Positions 39,396-49,572 of a stretch of 58,309 nucleotides of DNA are shown here, piece after piece. Each line of letters starts with the position of its first letter. Positions within the stretch are counted from its first letter, which is position 1. Both the position numbers and the translations under genes were made by a program. The notes beneath the pieces were generated by a model. The model had not been told where the DNA came from, made no database searches, and saw only the letters and a program-made list of their open reading frames with translations. Origin of the DNA: Verrucomicrobiota bacterium (GTDB taxonomy: Bacteria; Verrucomicrobiota; Verrucomicrobiia; Limisphaerales; Palsa-1400); the NCBI GenBank assembly GCA_049510745.1, contig JBEKYR010000030.1, positions 1 to 58,309 of the forward strand. Direction: 5' to 3'.

Positions 39396-42300
39396 ATGAA
39401 AAACACATTCAAACACCCCCATCTTCTTCAAGTTTTTGTCCTCTTCTGCGCGCTGTTTGCGGCCACGCCATGGGTTTTCGCGCAGCACAACGGCGTCTGG
39501 ACCAATACCTTGGGCGGCACCCAAAGCTTCACTGCTTCGCTCAATTGGCTCAACGGTGTTGTGGCCAGCGGTTATAATGCTGACGGCTCCGGCGCCACCG
39601 CTGATTTCACTCAAATCACCCTGCCGCAGACGGTGGGGGTGGGAACCATTACCGTCACATCTGCCGGCAGCGGCTACTCCGACAATCCGACCGTCACGAT
39701 TAACGATCCGACCGGAAGCCAGGCGGCAGCGTCGGCCACCATTAACGCTGCGGTGGTTTCCATTTCGCTCACGGCGGGTGGATCCGGCTATTCCAACGCG
39801 CCGACTATGACGTTTTCCGGCGGCGCTGGAAGCGGAGCGACGGCAACGGCGACCATAAATGGTTCCGTGGTGTCTGTTTCGGTTACAAATGGCGGAAGCG
39901 GCTACACCAGTGCGCCCACGGTCGCCTTTTCCGGCGGCGGTGGCGGGAGCGGAGCGGCGGGGACGGCGCTTATTTCTGCTGGCGGAGTGGTGACGAATGT
40001 CACGATCTCAGCGGGCGGCGCCAATTATACCACAAACCCGGCGGTTGCTTTCTCCGGCGGCGGCGGATCAGGTGCGGCGGGAACGGTCAAGATCAGCGGC
40101 CCGGTGTCGGCTGTAACGCTCACGGCTGGCGGGTCCAAATATACCAACGCGCCGACCATTGCTTTCTCCAATCCTGGCGGCACGGGCGCGGCGGCAACGG
40201 CGACCATCAGTGGGGGCGTCTCGGCGATTACGACCACGACGGCCGGATACGGTTATACCGCGCCCACGATAGTTATCTCGGACCCCTCCCCCGGACCCGG
40301 CACAACGGCAACGGCAACGGCGGTGACGGCGCTGAACAAGAACACCACTTTCACCGTCACTCTGGATCAGGCCGCGACAGATCAGAACATCCTATTCGGC
40401 AATGTCCCGGTCAGCGGAGTGATTCAGGGCGGGAATTGGGTGCTTGCTGACGACGGCTATCCCTTGACTCTCGACAGCCTGAATTCTTCCAATTCAGAGA
40501 TTTCGGTCGTGCTTTCCAATGGGGTGACCGGCACTGGTTTGGCCGCAAACAACCTGACAGGTTGGGCCACGGCAACCATCACCGCCAACATTCAAGGCAC
40601 CAACACTTTGGTCAAAATGGGCGGCAGTCCCTTGATCTTCTTTCCCACCACAGGCAACACCTACTCTGGCGGCACAATCTTTAGCAACGGCATTGTTGAA
40701 TTGGGCACCGATGCCGCCAGTGGCGGCAATGTGACCCCCAGCGGTGCCTCGCTGGGCAGCGGTCCCCTCATTTTCATGGGCGGCACTTTGCGCGAGCAGA
40801 ATGCCTCCATCGCTGGCGACGTTAGTCCGGGCACGAGTGCGACTGAAAACCCCGTGGCGAACAACATTATCGTTCCGGCGGGCCAGACCGGGACTATTTA
40901 TACCTCGCCGCGCGCCTTCCCGTCCATTGGCGGCAGCTCGACCACTATTACAGGTGGAGGCACATTGAATGTGTCGGTGGATTATGTCCGCGACAGCTTT
41001 GGTGGCGACTGGTCGGGTTTCACCGGCGTGCTTAAGTTCTTCTGCAGCCCCCGCGCCAGCGGCCAGGGTTTGCGTATTGATCCAACGTTCAACTTTGCCA
41101 ACGGGAGTTGGTCCAATTGCGTGGTTCATTTCACCACCAATGGAATCAACCAAAATACCATCGCCGGCTATAATGAGAACAACGGCTATACCACGACCCC
41201 ACCCTACGGTGATGTGATTTATTTTGGAGAGATGTCCTCGGATGGAAATTGCATCACTTGGCAGGACCCGGAAACCAGCGCCGGCACCGGCGGCAGTGGC
41301 AATGGCGGCTATAATACCGTTTTTGCGGTTGGTTTTTTGAATACCACGGCGATCTATGGGGGAACGACGGGGACCGGTTTCAACTCCTTCGCCAAATTCG
41401 GCACTGGAACATGGATCTGGGATGGCCCGGCCTCCGGGTACAACCACACGGGTTTTACCGTCATCAGCAATGGTGTGCTGCAACTGGGCAATAACGACGC
41501 CAATGGCGGCATTGGTTGGAGCCCTGTGGTTAGCAATTATTCCGTCCTGGCGCTGGCTCACAGCGACAGTGCTTATGTGATCACCAACGTCATTACCGGT
41601 TCGGGAGTGATCTCCAATATCGGTTCCGGCACGGTCACTCTCTCGCCTGTCGGCGGCGCCAACACCTACACCGGCCAGACCTTCATCAACGGCGGCGCCC
41701 TTGCCATCACCAACCAGAATGCTCTGGGCCAATCGCCCGCCAGCTTCACGGCCAACCAGATCGTGCTAAACGGGGGCATGCTCAATGCCGCAACGAACAC
41801 CGCGGTCAATGACGGGAACCGCGGCATCACTCTCGGCGCTTCCGGCGGCGTGCTGGGGGCCAATACCAACAGCACTCTGACCATCGCCAACGCCATTGAC
41901 GGCGCCGGCAACTTGACCATCAGCAATTCCGGCACGGTCTCTTTAACGGGGGCGAATACTTACACGGGCGAAACCATCGTCAACAAGGGAACCCTTTCCC
42001 TTGCCTCTCAGGCTCCTTTGGGCGTCGCGCCTGCTTCGTCGGCTCCGGGCCAGTTGACCCTCAACGGCGGCGCCTTGAATTCCACGGCCACGTTCGCCCT
42101 CAATGCCGCCAATGCCGGCGTGACCATCGGCGCGGCCGGGGGAACGATTCTTGCCAACTCCAGCACCATTCTCACCATCGCTGAGCCCCTCGCAGGGCCG
42201 GGCGCCCTGAATATCAACGGCGCGGGGACTGTCATCATTAACGGGACTGACAGCGGCACGGGCAATATCCTTGTTAACAACGGCACGCTGGCTGTGGGCG

Positions 42301-45300
42301 CCAGCGGTTCGATCGCCGCCCCGCCTGTCATCGCCATCGCCAGCGGAGCCACGATGGATGTGACCGCAAACGGCTATACTCTCGGAACAGGCCAGACCCT
42401 CATTGGCAACGGTTCCGTCCTCGGCACCTTCACGGCGGGATCCGGCTCCGCCATCAACCCGGCCACCAACGGCGTGGTCGGAACTCTCACCTTCGCCAAT
42501 CTCGTGTTGAACGGAGGCGCCACTGCCGCCATTGACATCTCCCCCGTCACCAACGACCTCATCAACGTCACCGGCACTTTGACTCTCAATGGCGCGAACA
42601 CCATCGCGCTCAATTTGCTGGGCAGTCTTCCCAATGGATCCTATCACCTGATCAAGTACGGCGCCTTGAGCGGCGATGTCAGCACCTTGGCGCTCACCGG
42701 TTTCGGCGGCTCGCGCTCGACCCCGTTGCTGGTCAACAACCCGGGCAACAGTTCCATAGACCTTACGTTGTCGGGTTCGCCTGGAAACATCGTTTGGCAA
42801 GGCGGCTTGAATGGAAACCTCTGGGATGTGGACACAACCCAGAATTGGCTCACCGGTTCGACCCCCGACTACTTCTACAATGGGGACAGCATCAGCTTCA
42901 CCGACGTTGGCGCGGCCAATGCAGCCGTTGTTCTTAACACCGCTGTGACTCCTGGTTCGGTCACGGTCAATTCCAGCACGGACTATAGTATCAGCGGCAG
43001 TGGCGGGATCGGCGGCGCATTGGCCACCCTGAACAAGGCTGGGTCGGATACACTGACCTTGTTGACCGCCAACACTTTTGGCGGCGGCACAATCATCAGC
43101 AGTGGCACCGTCCAGGTGGGCAACGGCACCGTGTCCAGTTCTCTTGGCACCGGCCCTATTACCGACAACGGGTCTTTGGTTTATGATCCGTCCGCCTCGC
43201 AAACGGTGAGCAGCCAGATCAGCGGCAGCGGCAGCCTGACGGCGCAAGCGGGAACAGTGGTGCTGACCGCCAACAATTCCTACGGCTCAACCAGTATTGG
43301 CGGTGGCGCCACCCTCCAGGTCGGCAATGGCCTCGGAACCGGTTCTCTGGGAACCGGCGACATTAGCGACGGCGGCGCGTTGATCTATAACCGCACAGGC
43401 GTGGTCACCAATGCGGGCGCCATCAGCGGCAACGGCGGCCTCACCGTCCGGGGCGGCGCCACTGTTTATCTGGCCGCCAGCAACAGCTATGCCGGCGCGA
43501 CCCTTGTCAGCAACAGTGTGCTGGTGGTGGGCGTCGGCGGCACAAACGGCTCCCTTGGCACTCTGGAGTCTGTCACCCTCACCAACGGCGGCGCGCTCGC
43601 CTTTGATCGTTCCGATACGATCATCAACTTCGTTTCGATTGTTGGAACTAATGGCACCTTGATTCAGGCCGGTTCCGGCACCTTGGTCATCACTAATAAT
43701 TTCAACAACGTGAGCACCAACAAGGTCCTGGCTGGAAACCTTCAGGTCGGTGATGGGGTGGACACCAACGGCGTCCTGCTTGGAGCCATTATCGTCAGCA
43801 ACACCGGAACTTTGGTCTATGACCACCCGGATACCATCGTCATCTCCAATCTCATCAGCGGCAATGGCAATGTGTCGCAGATTGGCGCGGGCACCCTGGA
43901 AATCGTCCCTCCCGTTGGGAATACTTATAGCGGCACGACCACGATCAGTAACACGACCGTCATTTTAGGCAACCCGGGTGTTAACCAGGATGCTGCCGAT
44001 ACCACGGCCAACCAAACTGGTTTCGGCACAAGCACCGTGCTCTTCCAAGGTTCCAGTTCCGTCCTGCAAATGGCGGGCGCCACCGTCAACGACCCAAGTG
44101 GCGGGGGCGGAGCCGGCACCTTCTCCAACCCGATCAATGTGCCAGCCGGCCAGGCGGCTACCATCTGGTTGCCTGGCAGGTTCGCCCTGAGCGGCGCGGT
44201 CAGCGGCTCGGGCACTTTGACCTTCGGCGCCAATTACGTGCGCAGCGGTTCGACTGCCATCTGGACAAATTTCTACGGCCAGTTGAACATCGAAATCAGT
44301 CCGCTGGTTGCCACGACCACCGATGATTTCCGCTACGGTGACACCAACGGTTTTCCGAATGCACGGGTGTTCATCAATGATAGCGTCAACTTCTATGCCC
44401 AAGGCATTACGGCAAACCTGCAAATTCCTATTGGAGAACTCAGCGGCAGCAGCCTTTCCCGCTTCGTGGCAGCCTCCAGCGGCGGCACTCAGGCGGGTGT
44501 GGCCGAAATCTGGATCGTAGGCGGCCTGAACACCTCCGCCACCTTCTATGGCACGCTGGCCGACGCCAATGCGTTTACCAAGATCGGCACCGGCACATGG
44601 ACTCTTGCGGGTGTCAACAGCTACACCGGGGCAACCACGGTCACCAACGGCGTGCTCCTCCTTTCAGGCGACGGCCTGGCCACAGGGGTCCTGGCTGGCA
44701 CGCCGACCATCAACATTGTCTCTCCGGGTGTGGTGGATCCCACCGGACTGCCCGACTCCACCCTCCATGTGGCTGATGGGAATGTAGGGGAACCCGCTCA
44801 AACCCTCGAAGGCAATGGCTCGGTTAATGGCAACGCTTTCATCGCGGGCAGTGGCACCTTGGCGCCGGGCGAAACGAATAGTTTCGGCGATATCACCATC
44901 GCCGGCAATCTGTTGGTGGATGGCGCCATCAGCATCAAGGTTGATCACGTCACTGCCGCGGTCAACGATTCGATCACAGCCTTGGCCATGACCAACGATC
45001 CAGGCTCGGTAATCAACGTCACTCAGTTCAGCACCAACTACCTGCAAACCGGCGACACCTTCAAGTTGTTCAATATTGCGGGCAACACCGGCCTGTTCAC
45101 CGCCACCAATCTGACGGTCAATCTGCCACAAACCAGTCCGGATGGTTTGCAGACCTACACCTGGGCCACCAACCTGGCTGTCAATGGCACAATCACCGTC
45201 ACCCACGGCGCCGCGCCCTCGGTTAATCTGAATTCCTCGAATATGGTCTTCACCGTGTCAGCCGGTGTGCTTCACCTCTCCTGGCCGGGCAATCTGGGTT

Positions 45301-45443
45301 GGGACCTGCAAACCAACTCCGTCGGCCTGGGGAACACGAACGCCTGGTTCACCCTCCCAGGCTCCACGGCTGTCACCAACGAGGACATCCTGATTAACAA
45401 TGCCGGGGACGTGTATTTCCGTCTCCATCATTTGAATAATTAA
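39396..45443 (+). CDS. Giant secreted protein with autotransporter-associated beta-strand (PATR) repeats and no beta-barrel
   Basis: Signal peptide ending PWVFAQ and many GxGTLxLxxxNTY(T/S)GxTxVxxGxL repeats. C-terminal LHLSWP...W...VYFRL domain. Alternative start at 39315. Confidence 0.88.
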   Translation: MKNTFKHPHLLQVFVLFCALFAATPWVFAQHNGVWTNTLGGTQSFTASLNWLNGVVASGYNADGSGATADFTQITLPQTVGVGTITVTSAGSGYSDNPTVTINDPTGSQAAASATINAAVVSISLTAGGSGYSNAPTMTFSGGAGSGATATATINGSVVSVSVTNGGSGYTSAPTVAFSGGGGGSGAAGTALISAGGVVTNVTISAGGANYTTNPAVAFSGGGGSGAAGTVKISGPVSAVTLTAGGSKYTNAPTIAFSNPGGTGAAATATISGGVSAITTTTAGYGYTAPTIVISDPSPGPGTTATATAVTALNKNTTFTVTLDQAATDQNILFGNVPVSGVIQGGNWVLADDGYPLTLDSLNSSNSEISVVLSNGVTGTGLAANNLTGWATATITANIQGTNTLVKMGGSPLIFFPTTGNTYSGGTIFSNGIVELGTDAASGGNVTPSGASLGSGPLIFMGGTLREQNASIAGDVSPGTSATENPVANNIIVPAGQTGTIYTSPRAFPSIGGSSTTITGGGTLNVSVDYVRDSFGGDWSGFTGVLKFFCSPRASGQGLRIDPTFNFANGSWSNCVVHFTTNGINQNTIAGYNENNGYTTTPPYGDVIYFGEMSSDGNCITWQDPETSAGTGGSGNGGYNTVFAVGFLNTTAIYGGTTGTGFNSFAKFGTGTWIWDGPASGYNHTGFTVISNGVLQLGNNDANGGIGWSPVVSNYSVLALAHSDSAYVITNVITGSGVISNIGSGTVTLSPVGGANTYTGQTFINGGALAITNQNALGQSPASFTANQIVLNGGMLNAATNTAVNDGNRGITLGASGGVLGANTNSTLTIANAIDGAGNLTISNSGTVSLTGANTYTGETIVNKGTLSLASQAPLGVAPASSAPGQLTLNGGALNSTATFALNAANAGVTIGAAGGTILANSSTILTIAEPLAGPGALNINGAGTVIINGTDSGTGNILVNNGTLAVGASGSIAAPPVIAIASGATMDVTANGYTLGTGQTLIGNGSVLGTFTAGSGSAINPATNGVVGTLTFANLVLNGGATAAIDISPVTNDLINVTGTLTLNGANTIALNLLGSLPNGSYHLIKYGALSGDVSTLALTGFGGSRSTPLLVNNPGNSSIDLTLSGSPGNIVWQGGLNGNLWDVDTTQNWLTGSTPDYFYNGDSISFTDVGAANAAVVLNTAVTPGSVTVNSSTDYSISGSGGIGGALATLNKAGSDTLTLLTANTFGGGTIISSGTVQVGNGTVSSSLGTGPITDNGSLVYDPSASQTVSSQISGSGSLTAQAGTVVLTANNSYGSTSIGGGATLQVGNGLGTGSLGTGDISDGGALIYNRTGVVTNAGAISGNGGLTVRGGATVYLAASNSYAGATLVSNSVLVVGVGGTNGSLGTLESVTLTNGGALAFDRSDTIINFVSIVGTNGTLIQAGSGTLVITNNFNNVSTNKVLAGNLQVGDGVDTNGVLLGAIIVSNTGTLVYDHPDTIVISNLISGNGNVSQIGAGTLEIVPPVGNTYSGTTTISNTTVILGNPGVNQDAADTTANQTGFGTSTVLFQGSSSVLQMAGATVNDPSGGGGAGTFSNPINVPAGQAATIWLPGRFALSGAVSGSGTLTFGANYVRSGSTAIWTNFYGQLNIEISPLVATTTDDFRYGDTNGFPNARVFINDSVNFYAQGITANLQIPIGELSGSSLSRFVAASSGGTQAGVAEIWIVGGLNTSATFYGTLADANAFTKIGTGTWTLAGVNSYTGATTVTNGVLLLSGDGLATGVLAGTPTINIVSPGVVDPTGLPDSTLHVADGNVGEPAQTLEGNGSVNGNAFIAGSGTLAPGETNSFGDITIAGNLLVDGAISIKVDHVTAAVNDSITALAMTNDPGSVINVTQFSTNYLQTGDTFKLFNIAGNTGLFTATNLTVNLPQTSPDGLQTYTWATNLAVNGTITVTHGAAPSVNLNSSNMVFTVSAGVLHLSWPGNLGWDLQTNSVGLGNTNAWFTLPGSTAVTNEDILINNAGDVYFRLHHLNN

Positions 45444-45459
45444 ACGTCAGCAAATCCGC

Positions 45460-45497
45460 CAACCCCGCGTCCTGCAAAGGGCGCGGGGTTGTTTTTT
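45460..45497 (+). terminator. Rho-independent terminator
   Basis: AACCCCGCG...CGCGGGGTT hairpin followed by GTTTTTT, between convergent genes. Confidence 0.85.
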
Positions 45498-45539
45498 CTG
45501 GCAATGGGACCAACCTTGGGGGAACGCCCTCCGCCATGC

Positions 45540-46193
45540 TCAGGACCGATGCGCCGGCGTCGGCCGCGTCTGGCCCAGGTGCTTGGCCACCGCTTCCGTT
45601 CGCGACCGCACGTGGAGCTTCTCGTAAATATGCCGGATGTGCGTATGCACCGTCGCATACGTCAGTTTCAGCATGTCCGCAATTTCCTTGTACAGATAAC
45701 CCTTGGCCAGCAGGTCCAGCACTTCCGCCTCCCGCGGCGAAAGCGCGACCCCCTCCCGCGCCGGAACCGCGCTCTTTTGAAACGATTGCACGATTTTCCG
45801 CGCAATGTGGCTGCTCATCGGCGAGCCGCCCTCGTGAACATCGGCGATGGCCGCCAGCAACTCCGCCGGCGGCGTCTGCTTGAGCAAATACCCCGTCGCC
45901 CCGGCCTCCAGCGCGTTGAAGATATGCTCCGTGTTCTGATACACTGTCAACATTATTATCTGCATCGCCGGCGTCAGCGGCTTCAGCCGCCGCACGCATT
46001 CCACCCCGTTGAGGCCCGTCAGGTTGATGTCCATGAGCGTCACATCGGGCAGCACTTTGGGAAGCTGGGCCAGCGCCTCTTCCCCGCTGGCGTGCTGGCT
46101 GGCGCAACGGTAGCCCGGCGAACTGTCGATCAGCCGCGCCAGGCTCGAACGCACTTCGGCGTCGTCCTCCACGATGGATACCGAGATGTTCAT
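45540..46193 (-). CDS. NarL/LuxR-family response regulator
   Basis: IVEDD, LMDINL and GATGYLLK (receiver), then LSPREAEVLDLLAKGYLYKEIA...TVHTHIRHIYEKLHV (LuxR HTH). Confidence 0.96.
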   Translation of the reverse strand: MNISVSIVEDDAEVRSSLARLIDSSPGYRCASQHASGEEALAQLPKVLPDVTLMDINLTGLNGVECVRRLKPLTPAMQIIMLTVYQNTEHIFNALEAGATGYLLKQTPPAELLAAIADVHEGGSPMSSHIARKIVQSFQKSAVPAREGVALSPREAEVLDLLAKGYLYKEIADMLKLTYATVHTHIRHIYEKLHVRSRTEAVAKHLGQTRPTPAHRS

Positions 46194-46245
46194 GGCGTAA
46201 AGAAGATTATTCCTGCGCGAACTCCAAGGGCTTCATCCTGCGATC

Positions 46246-49200
46246 CTACTGCCCCGATCCGTTTTGGCCAATCGCCACAATTGGCGATGCCGCCCCGTTG
46301 AACCTCAGGCTCAGTTCGATCGCCGTCCCTTGCCCGGGCGCGCTCCGCAACGAACACCGGCCCCCCACCGCCTGCAGCCGCCGCTCCAAATTCGGCAGCC
46401 CCGACCCACGCGCGATCCGGTCCGCGCCGCTTCCCGTTTTCACCCCGGCGCCACTGCCCGCTCCGTTTTCCGGGCAGCCCCGGCCGTTGTCCTCTATAAT
46501 CAGCGTGAACCCATCCCGCTCCACCCGCAGCCGCAGCCAGACCTCCGTCGCCTGCGCGTGCTTGACCACGTTGTTGAGCGCCTCCTTGACCGCCAGGAAC
46601 AGATGGTAGCGCAATTCCGCTTCCACCCGCATGTTCGGCAGGCTCGCCGGCACCTCCATCCGGCAGCGGATGCCCGCCACCCGCAGAAAATCCTCCGCAA
46701 ATGCCGACACGTAATCCATCAACCCATTGAACGTGTCATGCTGCGGGTCCACCGCCCAGACAATCTCATCCATCGCCCGCGTCAACTGCCGGGCGGAATG
46801 GGAAATCCGCTCCAAATGCGCCGTCGTCTGCTCCGGCTCCCGCCGCGCCAGCTCGCTCAACAGCGTGATCTGCGTCAACCCCGCCCCGATGTCGTCGTGT
46901 ATGTCCTGCGCGATGCGCGCCCGGTCCCGCTCGATGGCATGTTGCTGTTCCAGCCGGGAAAGTTCCCGCCGGTACTTGCGCGTCGCCGCCCGCCGCGCCA
47001 CCCCCGCCCCGCCGCCCACGATGCCGATGCCGGCCAGCGCCAGAAACCACCACGTCTGGTAAAAATGCGGCTCGACCGTAAACGCCAATGCCGCCCCCGC
47101 TTCGCTCCACCCGCCTTCGCTGGTGCTGGCGATCACGCGGAACCGATACTGATTGGGCGGGAGATTCCCATAATGTGCCGTCCGCCGCGTGTCGGCATCG
47201 ACCCAATCATCGTCCAATCCGTCGATGCGGTAGCGGAACCGTGTCTTGTCCGGCGCGTCAAAACTCAAGGCCGTGAACCGAAACTCAAACTGCTTGTGCC
47301 CGGGCGGGATGACCAGTTTGCCCGCGTTCAGCGGCAAAGCTTCCCCATCCAGCCGCACTTCCTCCACCACCACCGGCGGCGGCAAGGCCCGCCCCGTCAA
47401 CTTCTCCGGCTTGACCGACACGACGCCCCGCTCGGTGGCAAACCAGAGGCGCCCGTCGTTGCCCTCCCAGCAGGCCGGCTGGTAGCCATCGGCAAACACC
47501 AGGGTGGGCAGCCCATCCAGCCGGCCATAAGTGACGCAATCGACCGTTTTGGCTTTGCCCTCCGCGCAGGCGTTGAGCGCCGCCTTGGCCACGCAGAATA
47601 TCCCGCGATGCGTTCCCAGCCAGAGCCGCTGCTGCTTGTCCTGCAACATTTGCCCGATCACGTCCGCGGACAACCCTTGTTTGGCCGTGAAACGATGAAA
47701 TTCCCCGTTCGCAAACCGCAGCAACCCGCCCCGGAATGTTCCCGCCCAAATCACCCCCTCCGCGTCCGCCAACAACGACCAGATCGGCTGCCCGGCCAGC
47801 GCGTCCTTCGCGTGGAACGCCTCCAAACGGTCCGGCCCGCACCGGTAGAGCGTCCCGTCGTCCGCCCCGCACCAGACCCCCCCGTCCGGCGCCTCCGCCA
47901 GCGCCCGGATCGCCATCGCCGCCATCCCGTCGGCCGCCCCGAACGTCCGCCGGCCCGACGGCGTCCACCACGACAATCCTGTTTTGCTCCCGATCCACAG
48001 CCGGCCGGCGCGGTCGGTTAAAATCGACTTGACTCCATGCACCTCAAAAGGCGGCGGCCGGATCGTCCCATCCTTGAATTCAAACAAGTCCTCGTCCCGC
48101 GCGCTCAACCACAGCCCCCCGTCCGCACGGGGAAACATCGAAAAAATGAAATCCGCCGCCATGCTGTTGCCCACCGCGAACCGGGTCATCCTCCCTTCGC
48201 TCCAGCGGCACAATCCCCCGCCCGCCGTCCCGATCCACACCGCCCCGTCCCCGCCCTGGCAGACCGACAACGCGGCCCGCGCGGGCAAACCCTCCGAAAG
48301 ACCGATCACCTGGAACCGCCGGTCCCGCAGCCGCGTCAGTCCCCCGCGGTCTATCCCCAGCCACACCCCGCCCTCCCGCCCTTGAAACCACGCCGCCACC
48401 CGGTCTTCGGGCAACCCATTCTTGCTCGTAAAATGTTGCCACCGGCCGTCGGGCGTGACGTGGAACAGCCCGTTGCCGTAGTGATTGAACCAGACGCCCC
48501 CATCCCGGTCTTCATGCGCCCCCATGTCGTGGCCCGCCGACCGGCCCAGCAACCCCTGCCATCCCGCCGCCTCCGCCACCCATTGCCGCCCAACCTGTTT
48601 GCGCAACCGGTCGCCCGTCAGCACCCAGAGCGCGCCCGACCGGGTCGGAAACACCAGGCTCGGCTCCAACACCCCTTCTCCGTTCGTCGGCGTCATATCC
48701 TCAAAACCGTCGCCCCGCCACCGCGCGATTTCATTCTGCGCCCCAGCCCAAATCCCTCCCCTCGCATCCGCCGCCACTGTCAATACGCGGTTGGTCAGGC
48801 CGGCGCGGGCCGGCAGTTCCTCGAAGTGATCGTTGAGAAACCGCACAATCCGCCCCTCCCGGTTCAGGAACCACAACGTCCCCTCCCTGCCCGCGCATTG
48901 AAAAATCGGACGCACCCCCTCCGGCGGCGCCTTCGCCGTCCACACCGGCTCGCGCCCGGCGTGCCTCCGCCGCAGCACGTCGCCAAACTGCCCCACAAAA
49001 ACCTCCTCTTGCGGCGAGGACCACACCAGCGTCGTGTGCAGATCAAACCCGCTCTGCCCCGTCTGCTCCGCGTGAAACGCCCCCTCCCGGCAGGAGGTCA
49101 TCGACCCGCGGTAAGTATCGATCCAGAGCGTGCCCGAAACGTCCACGTAGAGCGCCTGCACCCGCGCGTGGCGCAACTCCGGCGTGTTGCCCGGATCGAA

Positions 49201-49440
49201 CGTCACAAAGCGCACCCCGTCGAATCGCGCCAGACCGTCATAAGTGCCCACCCACAGATAGCCATCCGGCGTTTGGGCCACCGCCGTCACCGTGCTGTTG
49301 GGCAGCCCGTCCTCCGTGTCCCAGACATCGATCAGGTACTCTGGCGGCGGCGCATCGGCCCCGCGGGCGCACGCGCAAAAAACGCACGCCAGCCCCGCCG
49401 ACGCCAGCGCCCGCGGCCACTGGGAACCATGCTGGAACAT
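46246..49440 (-). CDS. Sensor histidine kinase with periplasmic Reg_prop beta-propellers, Y_Y_Y domain and HisKA_3/HATPase
   Basis: GLPNSTVTAVAQTPDGYLWVGT repeats, FRYRIDGLDDDW, a transmembrane helix, RIAQDIHDDIGAGLT, EALNNVVKHA, DNGRG and GSGL. Confidence 0.95.
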   Translation of the reverse strand: MFQHGSQWPRALASAGLACVFCACARGADAPPPEYLIDVWDTEDGLPNSTVTAVAQTPDGYLWVGTYDGLARFDGVRFVTFDPGNTPELRHARVQALYVDVSGTLWIDTYRGSMTSCREGAFHAEQTGQSGFDLHTTLVWSSPQEEVFVGQFGDVLRRRHAGREPVWTAKAPPEGVRPIFQCAGREGTLWFLNREGRIVRFLNDHFEELPARAGLTNRVLTVAADARGGIWAGAQNEIARWRGDGFEDMTPTNGEGVLEPSLVFPTRSGALWVLTGDRLRKQVGRQWVAEAAGWQGLLGRSAGHDMGAHEDRDGGVWFNHYGNGLFHVTPDGRWQHFTSKNGLPEDRVAAWFQGREGGVWLGIDRGGLTRLRDRRFQVIGLSEGLPARAALSVCQGGDGAVWIGTAGGGLCRWSEGRMTRFAVGNSMAADFIFSMFPRADGGLWLSARDEDLFEFKDGTIRPPPFEVHGVKSILTDRAGRLWIGSKTGLSWWTPSGRRTFGAADGMAAMAIRALAEAPDGGVWCGADDGTLYRCGPDRLEAFHAKDALAGQPIWSLLADAEGVIWAGTFRGGLLRFANGEFHRFTAKQGLSADVIGQMLQDKQQRLWLGTHRGIFCVAKAALNACAEGKAKTVDCVTYGRLDGLPTLVFADGYQPACWEGNDGRLWFATERGVVSVKPEKLTGRALPPPVVVEEVRLDGEALPLNAGKLVIPPGHKQFEFRFTALSFDAPDKTRFRYRIDGLDDDWVDADTRRTAHYGNLPPNQYRFRVIASTSEGGWSEAGAALAFTVEPHFYQTWWFLALAGIGIVGGGAGVARRAATRKYRRELSRLEQQHAIERDRARIAQDIHDDIGAGLTQITLLSELARREPEQTTAHLERISHSARQLTRAMDEIVWAVDPQHDTFNGLMDYVSAFAEDFLRVAGIRCRMEVPASLPNMRVEAELRYHLFLAVKEALNNVVKHAQATEVWLRLRVERDGFTLIIEDNGRGCPENGAGSGAGVKTGSGADRIARGSGLPNLERRLQAVGGRCSLRSAPGQGTAIELSLRFNGAASPIVAIGQNGSGQ
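46272..46288. promoter_or_regulatory. Palindromic operator TCGCCA-CAAT-TGGCGA(T) upstream of the response regulator
   Basis: Lies in the last codons of the kinase gene, about 80 nt before the regulator ATG. Matches 39158-39174. Confidence 0.7.
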
Positions 49441-49572
49441 GAACAAAGCTTAATCTTTGCGGTGGAAACTTGAAAGTTCAAAATCTCCCCAATCCCTGAG
49501 CAGGGCGCATCCCGGTTTTCGGCAACCCTATTGTCAATGAGAGATCGTGGCTGGCCGCAGACAGGCCCGCAA

